Positions 1 through 13,000 of a stretch of 64,000 nt of DNA are shown here, piece after piece; positions within the stretch are counted from its first letter, which is position 1; every line of letters begins with the position of its first letter. Made by a program: the position numbers and the translations under genes. The notes beneath the pieces are model-generated. The model did no database searches, was not told the DNA's origin, and worked only from the letters and a program-made list of their open reading frames with translations. The stretch comes from Tubulanus polymorphus (taxonomy: Eukaryota > Animalia > Nemertea), in assembly GCF_964204645.1 (NCBI RefSeq), contig NC_134027.1, forward strand, positions 20,174,560 to 20,238,559. Direction: 5' to 3'.

Positions 1-420
1 ATGGGGTGTGTATATTCTGTATATGTTTTACTGGCATTTCTGGAATCAAAGATGGTCACCAGTCAGCCATATAGGATGGCATTACCGATACATGATGTCA
101 CCTAACATTCTCATGTGGTAATCTGCTAATACATAATGTCATCTGACATTCTTATATGATATACAAAATGCTCTAAATAAAATACACTCACAGTTACAGA
201 CCAAAATGTGCATTTTTGAAATCAAAGATGGCCACCAGTCAGCCATCTTGAATAGCATAATGACTGAAATTCATCTACAGATTCATATACATTGTGGAAT
301 CTGACATTCTTATATGATATACAAAATGCTCTAAATAAAATACACTCACAGTTACAGACCAAAATGTGCATTTTTGAAATCAAAGATGGCTACTGGTCAG
401 TAATCTTGGATGTTATTACG
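1..420. repeat. ~156-bp tandem units (AAATCAAAGATGGC..CAGCCAT core) of a Helentron/HINE-like repeat
   Basis: ~143-230 is repeated near-identically at ~299-390; the core recurs at ~45, ~220, ~376 and in a related form at ~63908. Confidence 0.6.
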
Positions 421-930
421 GCTTATGTCATCTAAGATTATCACGTTAAAAATCAATATGGCAGCGAGTACTTGGTACATAGTATAATGCGCGAATGTGG
501 ACCTCGATCGTGGATTATGACCAGCTTGTGATGCAGTTATGCTACCATTCAGGGAATGAGACCGGAAATCCAGGTCATTCGCTGAATACATCTGTAAAGA
601 GTGGACGTGAATAATAAAGAATATAATAATTATAGAATCATTATCATTTCTCCGTCAGTATTCATTTATTATCACAGGATCTGTCGGCTGAGGATTTGTC
701 CAAAATATTCTTAGCATGTCGGCATATGGCAAAAAAGGGTATCAATATAGTTTGACAGAAACTTTTCTTGAATTCTTTACACAATTTTGTAATTCTCATA
801 ATAGACTTTTCAAAGCAGATATGCATTTTTCACAAAATTTCCATTTTTCTGACCCCTGCTGAATGAAACCACCAAGCAACCATTGTTTGCTTCTCTACAA
901 CCTGACTATATGAACGCAACATGAACTTAC

Positions 931-989
931 CGTCTGAATCTACCGGATCATCTCTGGCGTCGGTATCATTAACACACGTTCTCACATAA
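931..989 (-). CDS. IPO9: Importin-9 exon 7 (gene continues beyond window start)
   Basis: tag|T TAT GTG AGA... encodes YVRTCVNDTDARDDPVDSD, like IPO9 YVRTEVNY...DPVDSDG; donor G|gtaagt; splice phases consistent. Confidence 0.9.
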
Positions 990-1391
990 CTAATAAACTA
1001 TGTTAAAGAACATGAAATACCAATATGGCACTGACTCAACAGTAGAAACCAGGCGGCACCATTATAAGGTCAATCCAAATTACAAAGTTGCAAGATTTCT
1101 GATCATCCGTTACCAGTTTTATATCGACCCTTTCTACATTTTTCGCAATTCAATTTCATAATATGTGGAGGATACGAACTATTTGAAATTTCCACATCTA
1201 CACATTTAGTTTTCGGAGTTAATTTCTTATCATAATTCCCTCCTTGTGCTACATTTTCAGAGGTACAGAAATATGCCGGGGCTTCGCCAAAATACATCCA
1301 CACATGGTTAACTAACGATACAAGAGAATTTCCGCTCTAGCATGCTGTAGGTCCAAGGTGCACGAAAAAGTTTCAATCATTTAAAGGATAC
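990..1391 (-). other. U12-type (minor spliceosome) GT-AG intron 6 of IPO9
   Basis: 5' splice site GTATCCTTTAA; branch site TTCTTTAAC (1010-1002) 12 nt before the exon; no polypyrimidine tract. Confidence 0.9.
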
Positions 1392-1492
1392 ACGTCAGCG
1401 CTTTGCGTAAGACAGTGCCAAACCCACGGTAAAATCTGCGGTATCCACTGACTCATTCGTTTCGGGAAATTCTTCACTAAATTCGTCAGCGC
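1392..1492 (-). CDS. IPO9: Importin-9 exon 6
   Basis: cag|ALTNLVKNFPKRMSQWIPQILPWVWHCLTQSAD, like IPO9 AVTALVKNFPKHM...LTESA; 101 nt, ends phase 2. Confidence 0.92.
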
Positions 1493-1854
1493 CTGATGAA
1501 AACAAGGAGCACAAAAATGAAACATCATTTTACGTACCTAATAACGTAGGTTGTAGATGAAGGGCCATCCTTAATGATGCCAATTTTTGACCACATCACA
1601 CATTACATACATAGGGAAAAGTGGCTGATTTTTACTCTCTTGGCCACCTTATAAAGTCTTCCATGATAGCTAGGCCAATCATTCTGTTGATGACTTATCA
1701 AAATGACGAATTACACCTTGTAATTTGAATTGCAAGTAGAAATTGGACTAGAAAATAGTGACTGTAGTAATGCGATGACTATCAGATTTGACCGTAATTC
1801 CATGAAAGTCAAATTTCAATTCGAGATTTAACGAATTCTAGAAAGACTTTCAAC

Positions 1855-2061
1855 CTTAAGTATTTCCATTTTCAGTCCGTTGTCCGAGGTGTCGCCATCC
1901 GGGATTTCTAACGCTTTCACGAAAGCTTCGGTGAACTGCGGCAAAATCGGAAACAAAAGCTGTTTAGCAACGTTTCGATTCAACTCTGACATGGGCGCAA
2001 TCAGATCGGCAAACGTATTGAAAATACCGACAGCTCTCGCTCGAGTTCGGATGCTATAACC
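1855..2061 (-). CDS. IPO9: Importin-9 exon 5
   Basis: tag|[21 protein letters not shown]...[16 protein letters not shown]|gttgaa; 207 nt. Confidence 0.92.
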
Positions 2062-2747
2062 CTAGAATAATGAAACGAAAACAGAATAAAGGACCATAGG
2101 TCCAGTAGGATCAACTGAATACATATTACTTTTGAGCAAAATAAACAATAACGTATAAACATGATACCTTGGTGCACAACACTGTTGTGTAGTAAGCTTA
2201 TCCATTTATGAGGTTATACATGGTAATTGGTTTCCCAATGTATCACTAGCGCAAGGCAGAACGATCAATACAACGTTAATTCCATTATACAACATTGAAC
2301 TTGAATGCTGAAGGGCTTTCCCAATGGAGTCATTATCAAGAAACAAGGTCGAGCATCGATTAATAGAATGGGGAAAAATTCATCGAAATTAAGCTCATTT
2401 TCGTATAGTACTTCCAAACAGCTTGGAGTTGATGGATGAAACTTTCCATATTAATTCCAACACCTATTTCCCTCCTAATGACAAAATATCAGCTGTGTAG
2501 ATCCAACGGTTACACTTTGTGCCACCGAGAGCTATCAGAAAGTTACTCTCAGGACCATTCTATAAGGATCAACTCAGTTGATCCTATAAACACTAACGAT
2601 TTTGTATCCATTATCCATCCCGTGATCAGAGTCCAGTTACACAAAGTTTCTTGATTAAATATTAGACAATGAGAAAGAACCCTGTGCCACTAGATAACTA
2701 TTGCTATCTAGCAGAACAGTGGATTCTCCTGTGACACATCTACCTAC

Positions 2748-2836
2748 CTCCGAGTTGGCAAATATCTTGTACATTTCAGGTAAAATGACCGGAGCCACCT
2801 GCGGCATCTGAGTATCCGTTATTTCGGTGCTAAATT
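2748..2836 (-). CDS. IPO9: Importin-9 exon 4
   Basis: cag|(E)[29 protein letters not shown]|gtaggt; 89 nt. Confidence 0.93.
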
Positions 2837-2882
2837 CTGAAACAGAAAAGACCCACATACAATTTGTTTATTGGATGAAATC

Positions 2883-3617
2883 CAGGGATGAGAACGCCGA
2901 CCTGTAAAATCCGCGGGTTATTTTTCTTGAGTAACATACGCGAACCAGCTGAGGGCGTAGCCGTCAGCACTAGCCAGCGCCGAAGGCGCGAAGCTATTTG
3001 GGGGGGTTTGGGGGCCCTCCCCCAAGAAAATTTTAGAAATTAAATACGTTTTCCGAGCACTTAGAGCGATCTTGAACCTATGAACGACTATTATATTTTG
3101 GAAGGTAATGGCTAGTTTCAATGTGGTACATCCTCATTTGATGACATTCAGCATCTCATGCATTACGGGTCGAGCCCTGAATTATTGCAGTAAAAATGCG
3201 CCGATGAATGCTCACTAAAAATCATCACCAAGTAGTGTATAATATCCGAAAGCGTTCGCCACACACACGCAGCAACAGTAAGTAAACCTATATACGTTAC
3301 TACTGTTGCTGTGCGTGCGTGTCTGCAACCGATCGATAAAATACATACAAACTCATCGTAGTACAAATGTACATACAAAATCACTGTGTTGCAATGAATA
3401 TGCATTGAAATGCGATACTTTTACGTGACGATAAGTAAAACAGGCACTGAACGCTTTTACGGTTCACCTGATTACCGATCGCGCCGGACCAATTGAGTGA
3501 GATCATCACCCCCCCCCCCCATACTTTTACATCATTTTTGGACTATTTGGAAAATTGATATTTTTCAATACTGAAATCCGCGGGAAACCGCGGATCCGCG
3601 GGGAATTCTCATCCCTG
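2883..3617. mobile_element. Non-autonomous hAT-like element, family A copy 1 (6-bp TSD)
   Basis: TIR CAGGGATGAGAA...TTCTCATCCCTG; GAAATC on both flanks; homologous copies at 18021 and 21216. Confidence 0.88.
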
Positions 3618-3820
3618 GAAATCAGTAAATGTTGGACCAAATATTCAATAGGAATGTTTGGAAAATATAGTAGAGTCTGCCTTTTGGTGAAGTAAGTGAT
3701 CAAGGTAACAAATTTCAGGTACGAATTGATTAATGAATTGGTCCAAATAATGCGGTCCAAATAATGCTCCAAGCCGCTCAGCGGGTCCAGGGTTGGAATA
3801 ACATTGAGAGTATCTTTTAC

Positions 3821-4022
3821 CTGTTAAAACCCTCATAGCTCCGTGTACGGCATTCGGATTACCCTGTGTGAGAGCATTCATCAAAATCGTAAATAACTCT
3901 GGCCATTCCTCGGGCCAATCCCAGTGCGCTATAGCTGAGATAGCATACGCTACGCTTGATCTTACTTTACTGATAGATTCCCCTAATCCGATCGGTATGA
4001 CGTTCCTGATCGCTGCCTTGGC
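3821..4022 (-). CDS. IPO9: Importin-9 exon 3
   Basis: cag|[44 protein letters not shown]...[10 protein letters not shown]|gtaaaa; diagnostic IPO9 motif. Confidence 0.95.
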
Positions 4023-4449
4023 CTGCGAGAGAAAATATTTAAGAAGAATTTCAAATGGAATTTTCAGAGCCTGGTTTGCCAGACAGTGAAATATGCCCCA
4101 TGCCCCAGTTGCAGTTATGGCTTAGATTTTAAACCAGCCTAAAACCATCTTAGTTATACAGCCTTACAACTTTCAAGACCATTTTTGGAGTCATGACGGC
4201 CAAAATTGTTGACTTGGTATAAAAAATGTATTTCCCTTAATTTCTTTGCTAATCAGGTATGTACAAAGTATATGCAAATTCTAGCAGACTATCACATCGC
4301 CTACAGCGCTACATATGTAGGAAGAAGTGGCCAATTTTATTAAATTTGGCCCTGGTCTGTTTTACAAAAAAAGTTTAACTCTTAAAACGCGTTCAATTTC
4401 TTAATCTTATGTATTCAGTTCATAGTTTGACATTTGATTTCGGAGTTAA

Positions 4450-5085
4450 AGGGCAAATGCCATCAAAATAGAATATTGCGTAAGTCATTTTCAAATATGA
4501 TATATTCACCAACATCAAATATGCTATGGTTTGAATTCTAATTCAGCCATTAATGAGAAATACGACTTTTAAATCGGCAATTTTAGCATGTGCTGACTTA
4601 ATTGTTTATGTACACAGGTGCGTGTTTCTAAGGTCATCTCTGACGCTAAAGGCTTCCAGTCATTTCACTAGACATTTCACGGCATTTTATCCATTTGGAA
4701 GTGTTTTTGAATTGATAAACTATTGTATACTATTGCTACTGTTATATATGACATGATAAACGTATATTAACGAGTAGCGCTGTTGGTCTGTGAATACAGT
4801 GAACAAATTGATGTTTTTATACATAGGTTAACGCATGCTAGCGTGCACAATGTGCTTGGATTGTCATAGATAACATCATAAATAGCGCCACCGCGAGTTG
4901 TATGTGAACTTCGACACGAAGTGAAGGATAAATAAATGATTATTTTACGGCTAATTACAGAATTTTTAATATCAAATCATTGTAGATACTTTTTTCCAAT
5001 CAATCAGATCCCAGGTCATTATATATACTAAAGTTTCTTCCCGTTAAGTCATCACGGAAAGTACAACTTTGATGGCATTTACCCT
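4450..5085. mobile_element. Kolobok-like non-autonomous element, copy 1
   Basis: TIR AGGGCAAATGCCATCAAAA/TTTTGATGGCATTTACCCT after TTAA; second copy at 61763-62410. Confidence 0.8.
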
Positions 5086-5180
5086 TTTAGATCACTGTTG
5101 ATATATCCTAACCCTCAATAGACAGTCTAAAAATCTCCAATTTTATTTGAGCCAGGTACACTTCTTAAAGGTTTACTTAC

Positions 5181-5329
5181 GGCCGGAGATGTTTCCGGAA
5201 TGCGGTATTTTTCTGACATTTGAGACCAATGACATTCGACATATTGTTTTAGCAAGAGACAGGCCAGTTGTCTCAAAGCTAACGGTGCATGAGCATCAAC
5301 TGTTAGTTCAGCAAGGTGTACCCCAAATT
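5181..5329 (-). CDS. IPO9: Importin-9 exon 2
   Basis: tag|(E)[36 protein letters not shown]...ETSPA|gtaagt; importin-beta N-terminal motif; phase matches exon 1. Confidence 0.94.
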
Positions 5330-6765
5330 CTACAAGAGATAAGAATCATTAAGAAATAAGCTGAAATGGAATCAGTTCTCAATTAGTAGTTTTTGATATA
5401 GAAGTACCGTTCAGCAGTCTGGATATCTTTCCCTCACCCTGACACTGAACTCTAAATTACACACTTCAAATTTTTTATCGGTCAGTCGTCACATTAAGGA
5501 CTTCTTTCAGGACTTTGAAAGACACTGCAATAATTTACTGAATGATGTTTTTTTCTTTCTATACTATATTTTTGACAAAATTGAAGTAAATTTGCATCGG
5601 CAAGCATTAGAATGTCAAAAACAATTGCTTCCACCGTGCCTGTACGATGCCTATATGGTCTCAGACCATCAAAATCGCAAACCATTCGGAAGCTTCAGGT
5701 CTTTAACCCTTTTCCCATGCTACAGCATTGATCCTGGAAGTTTGCAACCATCACGATATAGAGGAGAGAGCGCATGCGCAGAAGTGAATATCGGAAACCA
5801 AGTCGCGGAGAACGAAGATTTTTGCCGTTCTAGGAAGTCAAAAACCCGGTTTTGCATGTTGATAGAAGTAATTTATATTTATTAAATCCAATTTCCATCA
5901 AATGTTGGGTAAACAATTGGCCATAGTCGGTAAACCAAGCCACTTTGTATTCTCAACAAAGCGGCCATTTTGGATCCGCCAGCTGGAGTCTACCATTGAT
6001 CAATTACCCGTATGTTAACACGGAGGCAACACAAGACAACACGGATATACAGTAAGAATGTTTTTTGGGTTGCTTTCCCTTCTCGTTGCTTTCCAACTGA
6101 TAACCAAGTTAACAACCGATAGTAATCCCACGCCGCACAATTTACCTTTGAAACTACAAGGACAGGGATGATACAGGCCATCATTAAAAAGGCCGAAAAT
6201 TTCAAATCTCGATAAAACTTAGAAATAACGAATGCCAGTCACGAGCACCGAAGGCACGAAGTAATGACCGAGGGTCTAGGGGTCCTCCCCCAAAAAATTT
6301 TGATTTTTCACATCGTCTCAGATCGTTTTTCAGTAGTTTTCATATTTCACTCAGAAAATCAAACAACATCGTCCGATGTTTTACCGTTAACACACTGCTA
6401 GTTCCAAGACAAGTCAAGATGCTCATCATCTATTCATTTGCATAAGAAAACAATGTAGGCGGCGCCACGTTACGGGCTGCAAAAGTCGTTTTTCAGCACT
6501 ACACGAGCAACACTCGGTAAAAAGTCAATAATGTAAATACATATATCCACAGACACACGGTCGGTCAACCGATAGATAAAACAATTGCATTTAACAAGAG
6601 ATCCACGGATCTTAATATCTCGGGCGCAGAATGTTATCTTTGTAATGCATAGGCGCCACCTGATTGATACATCTGTAAGGTTTTCCTTGAACAATTCATG
6701 GATGTGTAAAATCTGCTGATTTCGGTGAACAACATCATCGAATCTAATCAGCAATCATCGCGGCA

Positions 6766-7569
6766 ATACGGGATATCGACAAATTCAAGTTCTTGAATTA
6801 CTCGTTTGATGGCGCTAGTCAGAACCGGAAATCGGAACCTAAATCCGCCATGTTCTAGTTCATTTGCAATAAAAATCTCTCACTTCAAGTTTTTAGTAAG
6901 CGATATTTTTTTTACTATACAACGGCACGCATAATCCTTTGAGTATGATATCCTGACAATGTGTTGAATTCGATAAAACCTCACTTCGAACGCTAAAGAT
7001 TACTAGAAATGTAAAAAAACTACCAAAAATAACTAATTCAGCGATGACGCTCGAAGCAGATAATGGAAGTAATGACTGGTGGCGGGTGTCATCACTTTGT
7101 TGTTGAGTTCAAGACTCTAAGGTAAATTTATTGCAGGCATCACTGATATATATGAAATAATATTATGATATAAAATTGATTTTAGAAGGACTAAACTCGT
7201 AGATTCATAATAAAAATATTTAAAAAATCCCAGGACTCGGACCAACAATCTTAATTGGGCCGTCAAGTGCTGCCACCAGGCAACCAGTCAGCCGTTGCAA
7301 AATGTTTTTTGATAATTTAAGGACATTTATATTGATTTCTAGCCTTTGCAGTGAGGGTTTATCATATCCAACGTAGCGGTAGGATAACATATTTCAAGGA
7401 TTACGCGTGACGATATATAGTAAGTAGAATATCGCTCATTGAAAACTTGAAGCGAGAGATTTTCATTGCAAATGAACTAGAGCATGGCGGATTTAGGTTC
7501 CAATTTCTGGTTCTGACTAGCGCCATCAAACGAGTAATTCAAGAACTAGAATTTGTCGATATCCCGTAT
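6766..7569. mobile_element. MITE with long (~130-200 bp) imperfect terminal inverted repeats
   Basis: ATACGGGATATCGACAAATTC...CTTCAAGTTTT is mirrored by AAAACTTGAAG...GAATTTGTCGATATCCCGTAT. Confidence 0.8.
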
Positions 7570-8830
7570 ACACGAGGTTTGGGCCTATTCGATTGTGCGC
7601 GCATAATCTTCCGTGAAGTAGGGTATCGATTGAATCTTCGGTTATTTGCATAATGAAATAGATATGGGGAGACGGAATCGATACTACGGCTATCAAATTA
7701 AAAATGAACATATAAGACTCTCCCATGACTGGGAAATGAGAAACTAGAACCGAGCAGATTGATAGATGAGAAGATTAAAAGACCGGTTTGTCTGCGTCAA
7801 TCGAATATGCCCTTACCATTGATTGACAGCGGGAGCTCAGCCAACCGCAGGGAGCAGTTATTTTACTTCAATGTAACATTGTTCATCGGCCTTCTAGCCG
7901 TTTTATGAAACAAAATGCTCCTTGAAATTTCTTTAAACATCACCACAAATTTGTCGATTTCTCTTAAATGAACGCGATATTCAAAATTCCATTTCCAACA
8001 GATTTTAGCCGCATGATGAAGCTACATTTTGCACATAAACATAGTAGATCGCATTATTTCGTGTCAAAGTTATAACCTCATTTGTTAGCAAAAATTCGAT
8101 TTTTGGACCCATTACAACATCTTTTATGGTCATACTTATGGTCAACGCTTTTATGGTCATACCAATCTATCCTTAAAGATGCCGTTATCCTCACCAGCCC
8201 CCCTATTTTTTTCAACGGATTTGCATCGATCTGAGAAATGATAAAAATTGATTGAAAAGGCGGAAATCCACCAAACGGCAGAAAATTATCATCCCTGCAA
8301 GGAGCTAGGCCAAGAGCTCTCAAAAGATACCTTACGACTCGAGGACTCAAGGGAACAAACTTGCTGCCATCATGCCGCTGTCAAAATTTAATGTGGAATT
8401 GGCAGAGCTTTTGATCGACTCCATGAACTCAAACTCATTTTTTGACCCACTGTTTATCAGCAGCCAGAGGACAAGGTCATACTCGAGGTCGAGGACGAGG
8501 TCAAACTCGCACAGCACCCAGAGGTTAACTGCCCAGACGTGGACTGGGAGACATCTACTGTCAACCCATCATCACCTCAAAGGAATGTCCAGCAAGAAGT
8601 AATCAACATCACAGAGGCTATCCAGCTCACACAAAACCATTCAGAATGTACCAGGGAGAATAAAAGCCTGGATCTCGTATTCACATCGAACCTGTCACTA
8701 GTCAAGAATTCCTCATCCATCCCTGGAATATCAGACCATAGTATTGTTGTGACTGACTTTGACATCAAACCAACCAAAGTCAAGAAAGCACTCAGGAAAG
8801 TACTACAATACCAGAGAGCAGACTGGGATA

Positions 8831-9643
8831 CAGTGTTCTCCACGAAAATTTTAAAATTCAACGCCACTCACAGTGTCTGAGACAGAAAATCATGGAATTC
8901 ATGAATGCATGAACACTTACATGCAATTTTTTTTAGAAAATAAAGCGAGACGATTTTGAAGCGTAAAATCTATTTTGATGAAATCAAATGGGACATATAA
9001 GATAAGATATTTTGCAAGCAACAGCGCCGAGGCAGCGTAGCGTGTAGTGAGAACATGCCTCAACACGTGGCTTAGTTGTAGTTTTCCAGGAAACCAGGTA
9101 CTTGGCACTTGGCCAGGGATATTAATACATTGTCACACTCACGTTGAGGCTGACTATCACCGCTACATATCACTTTTCTGATGTGTTACCTTTACTCAGC
9201 TCAAAGAAAATCCTATTAGATATATATGACACAATATCAATGATGCAGTCAACAAAAAAAACTTCATTTGCGCATACATGTATTGATGATCCACAGACGC
9301 TAAACAAACTTTATTGAACAGAGACACGTGCCATATGCAGCGCGCGCATTTGTAGATATTGATAGTAGGCTCCGAAAAACTGAGCTGCCAATCATTCTAG
9401 AGACCGCTGTTATCTTAGAAGTTGGCTACGTTCCAACTACTAGAACATTTCACGCATCCAATTTCACAACTTTGTAGGCACATCGTGATTTAGCTTCCCG
9501 TAAATTACGCATAGCACAACGAAACCGAAAAAAATTTAAGCAGGGCAGTAAAAACATTAGGGAGGGCGCTGAGTTTTTAGCAGGGCAGCATTAAATTGTA
9601 GCAGGGCGGCCCGCCCTGCTAAAACAGCCCGTGGAGAACACTG
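8831..9643. mobile_element. Non-autonomous hAT-like element, family B (6-bp TSD), inserted in the LINE
   Basis: TIR CAGTGTTCTCCACG/CGTGGAGAACACTG; GGGATA on both flanks; removal restores the LINE frame ADWD-S. Confidence 0.88.
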
Positions 9644-10001
9644 GGGATAGCCTAAGTACAGGGGACCGTCTACATGAAATGATTGACCAAAATAAACCAG
9701 TGGAAGCCCTGTGGAATACTTTCCATGCAACAATCACCACAGCAACAGAACGTTTCATACCATCAAAACTTATCAGACACAGCTGATCATACCAACCATT
9801 GATCAATGCTGAAATCAAGACACTACTGAGGAAGAAACGTTGACAGTATAACAAAGCCAGGAGATCACAAAACTGGCGAAACTACAACCACTTCCAAATG
9901 GTCTGTCGCGATTGAATGCGGAAAGCAAGAGTACGACCACAAAAACAGTAGTAAAGGAAGGTCTCGCAAAATGCAATAATGAACCATTCTGGAGCTATAT
10001 C

Positions 10002-13000
10002 CAGGGCAATGCACCAGTCAATGAAAGTCCCCACCCTAAGGGGGCCGGGAATTGAAAATTAGTGCAAGTTAGCGCCGGGACAGCGAAAAAGAAGTGGATC
10101 GCATACCGGTAACAGCGCAGCTTTAGCGACTAGTCCTTGCGTACGGACCCGATCCACAGCGTCAAATAGCGCCGACGTCCTCGCCCGCCAAGTCAATCCA
10201 TAGCGATCCACAGCGCTAGTTAGCACCATCTTCAACAATAGACTGGTTGCCTGTCCCATTATATGAAAATAGAGACCGGTAACCAGTCTACTTCAACCAC
10301 AAACTTTCTATTTCCATAAATTCATATTTTTACCGTTTTTAAGAGCTCAATTAGATTACTTTTTTCAAACATTGGTTTGTAATATTTTTCTGATGATATC
10401 ATTAAATCTCGAGAAATCGAATTTCAGATTTTTTTACAATTCTCAAACTGCAGATGTCAGAAAACCACGCAACAGCTCACCCTTGTTTGCCACTTGGTAT
10501 CCGTTTCCATGGAAATTGCACCAGTTTTAAACGGATATCGATGCACCGAAGCGTAGATGCAAAGCTTTCGAATGATACCAAATTTGTCCATATGGTATCT
10601 CTGTTGAACGGAACTTAATTTCTAGAGGACTTTTTTGTACTTTGGTGCCCCTCTACAAAGAAGAGGGTATTATTCCAGTAAAAGAAACGTATACTAATGT
10701 CTTCAAATCAGCTTATAAATTTACTCATGCAGTAAGAACGCTCATGCATATTCCACTGGTCATTTTCGAAGTTGGTAGTCCTGGTGTTGAAAAACTATAT
10801 TGCGTTGCAAAAAAAGATGGGGTTAATTATAACGATATGGTGGTCTGGTTGAGACATGTCATGCCTGAAAAGATGAAAATCAGTGTTATTGGAAAAGACT
10901 ACCTCAAAGCCTTGTGTTCTTTAGCTAGCAATGAGAGTGACCGCACATTTATTCAGGCTGCTGCAACAGGCCACTTATCAGCCAAACAAGCACGCGAACG
11001 TTTAGGTGTTTTCAATAAGAAATCTATAGATACCAGAAACGAAGATGCATTGGATACTGCAGCTGAATTCCGTGGTATGGTTTGTGACCTGGCTGAGGTT
11101 GAAGCCAGGAGTTACATCAAAACTCTTATTACAGACAGCACTGATGACTACACACAACCAGTTTCCATTGATAACGGTGAAAATAATAGCGATTATGATA
11201 CAGACATTTATTCTGATGATGAAACGGAAGATCCCGAACAATGGTTTGCAGCTCCAAAGTCCTGGATCGATAATGACCGTTCTACCTCTCCATCTGTAAA
11301 AGCTCTAATCAAAATATCATCTATCAAGCGGAGAATGAAACGGCAGTTGCACACCTAACTTGCTGAACAGGGTATACTTCGCCGGCAATATACAAGCCGT
11401 ACATCGACAATCATAAAAAGATTTCCCAGCATTGGTCAAGATATTGAGCAATTTGTGCAGGAGAGGAGAATAGGAGCTGATCAGTGTTGTAGAACAGGAA
11501 CTGACTTTCGATGGCAACAGGAAGACGGGCCCAAAGGTTACTTTCCGGAGAATTCAGAAGTATCTACAAGGTCTGTACGGTACAAAGATTGGGTATGGCA
11601 CAGTTGTGCAATTATGTGTGGTAAGGAATAAACGCAGACTTTCCACAAAGCGGTACCAAGGTGTAGCCCAAGTAACCTGTAGGCGAGCACGGAAAGGGTT
11701 CTCAATAAAGTTCAACACCGACAGCCATTGGAGTGCTGCGTTCTACAAGGGCCTAGACTTTGTCCAAAAAGCAGACGGGCGGAACAAAGTATTGATCAAC
11801 CGAGATAACCAAGTTGGCTTCAGGCTAGACACTACGTTCACACATAAACAGGGGAAGAGTATAAGTCTGTACAATCAACCAGAGATAACTACACATACTG
11901 ATTACGTAAACAAATATCCATCCATAATTCAGACCACAACCTACCTTTTATGGAAACAAAAACAACAGCAGAAATGGCGTTAGGAGTGGTGAAACCTCAT
12001 CATCTTATTCCGAAATCACCTACTCAACACATGTCAGACCTGATGAATCTGATGAATGAAGAAGAATGTGCTGTATATTTAAAGGATAAGCCGATTGCCT
12101 GCATACAAGTAAATGGGGCGTCGGATGAAGGACCAAGCCATGTAGAGGTCCAATTTTGTGGACAGAATTCCACATTACGATGAAAAAGGTATTGACTTCT
12201 GTCACAGCCAGAAACAGCATATCATCAAATTTGATTCGTGTGGAGTTGCTCAATGGTGGTATCACAAAAGCACATAGCAAGATATCTATTCCATCTACCA
12301 TTTGTGGTTCGAATTTCAATGAAGAGGGAATTGACTATGCAAAGCTGAATGAGAATTTGACGGCAGCCAGAGACGTGTATTTAGATCGTGTAAGAGGGGC
12401 CACTTACAACAACAAGAAAATAAATTTCTTTGAAGGAAAGGTAGACGATGACCTTACAAATCGCCGCGATGATCTCTTGACATTCCTGCATGGAAAGAAA
12501 ACAAAGAAATTGGAGCTACAGAATAGAAAGCCTCTGCTTTACCGGTACTTCACAGATGTTTGGGCTGTGAGGGATGGCATATCAATGCTGATGCTCTTAT
12601 CAATTATGCATTTGTTTTGAATGTTCAAAATTGCAAAAACAGGGACTGCATAAACCCACCATGCACTGAACCATATGACTATGTTAAAGAATGGTTTGAG
12701 AATCCACCGCCCATACAATTTCTTCCGTTGCCAGTCGTAGATCCTAGGTACAGGTGGGGTGAAGCTTGCCTAAGAAAAACTTGTGAAGGCCCATGCACTG
12801 GACATTATCTCCCTGCAGCAGAAATATTTATATCAAATAACAAAGCTATTAACCAACTACCATCGGTAGTTATAAAGAACAAGTATGAAGACTTTAAGAA
12901 TAAGAAAAAAGAAAACACATTGGAAGAAAAGGTAAAACTTGCCAAGGAATTGCTCCTGTCGGTAGAAGATGTTGACATGTGGCTGGAGCACCTGTCTACT

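Noticed and set aside
1103-1303. 66-aa ORF inside the U12 intron
   Set aside because: No homology recognised; IPO9 exons 6 and 7 join in frame without it.
2519-2590. ~75-nt segment with GGATCAAC/GTTGATCC hairpin shared with ~61200-61275
   Set aside because: Present near unrelated genes with no C/D or H/ACA boxes; most likely the 3' end of a dispersed repeat.
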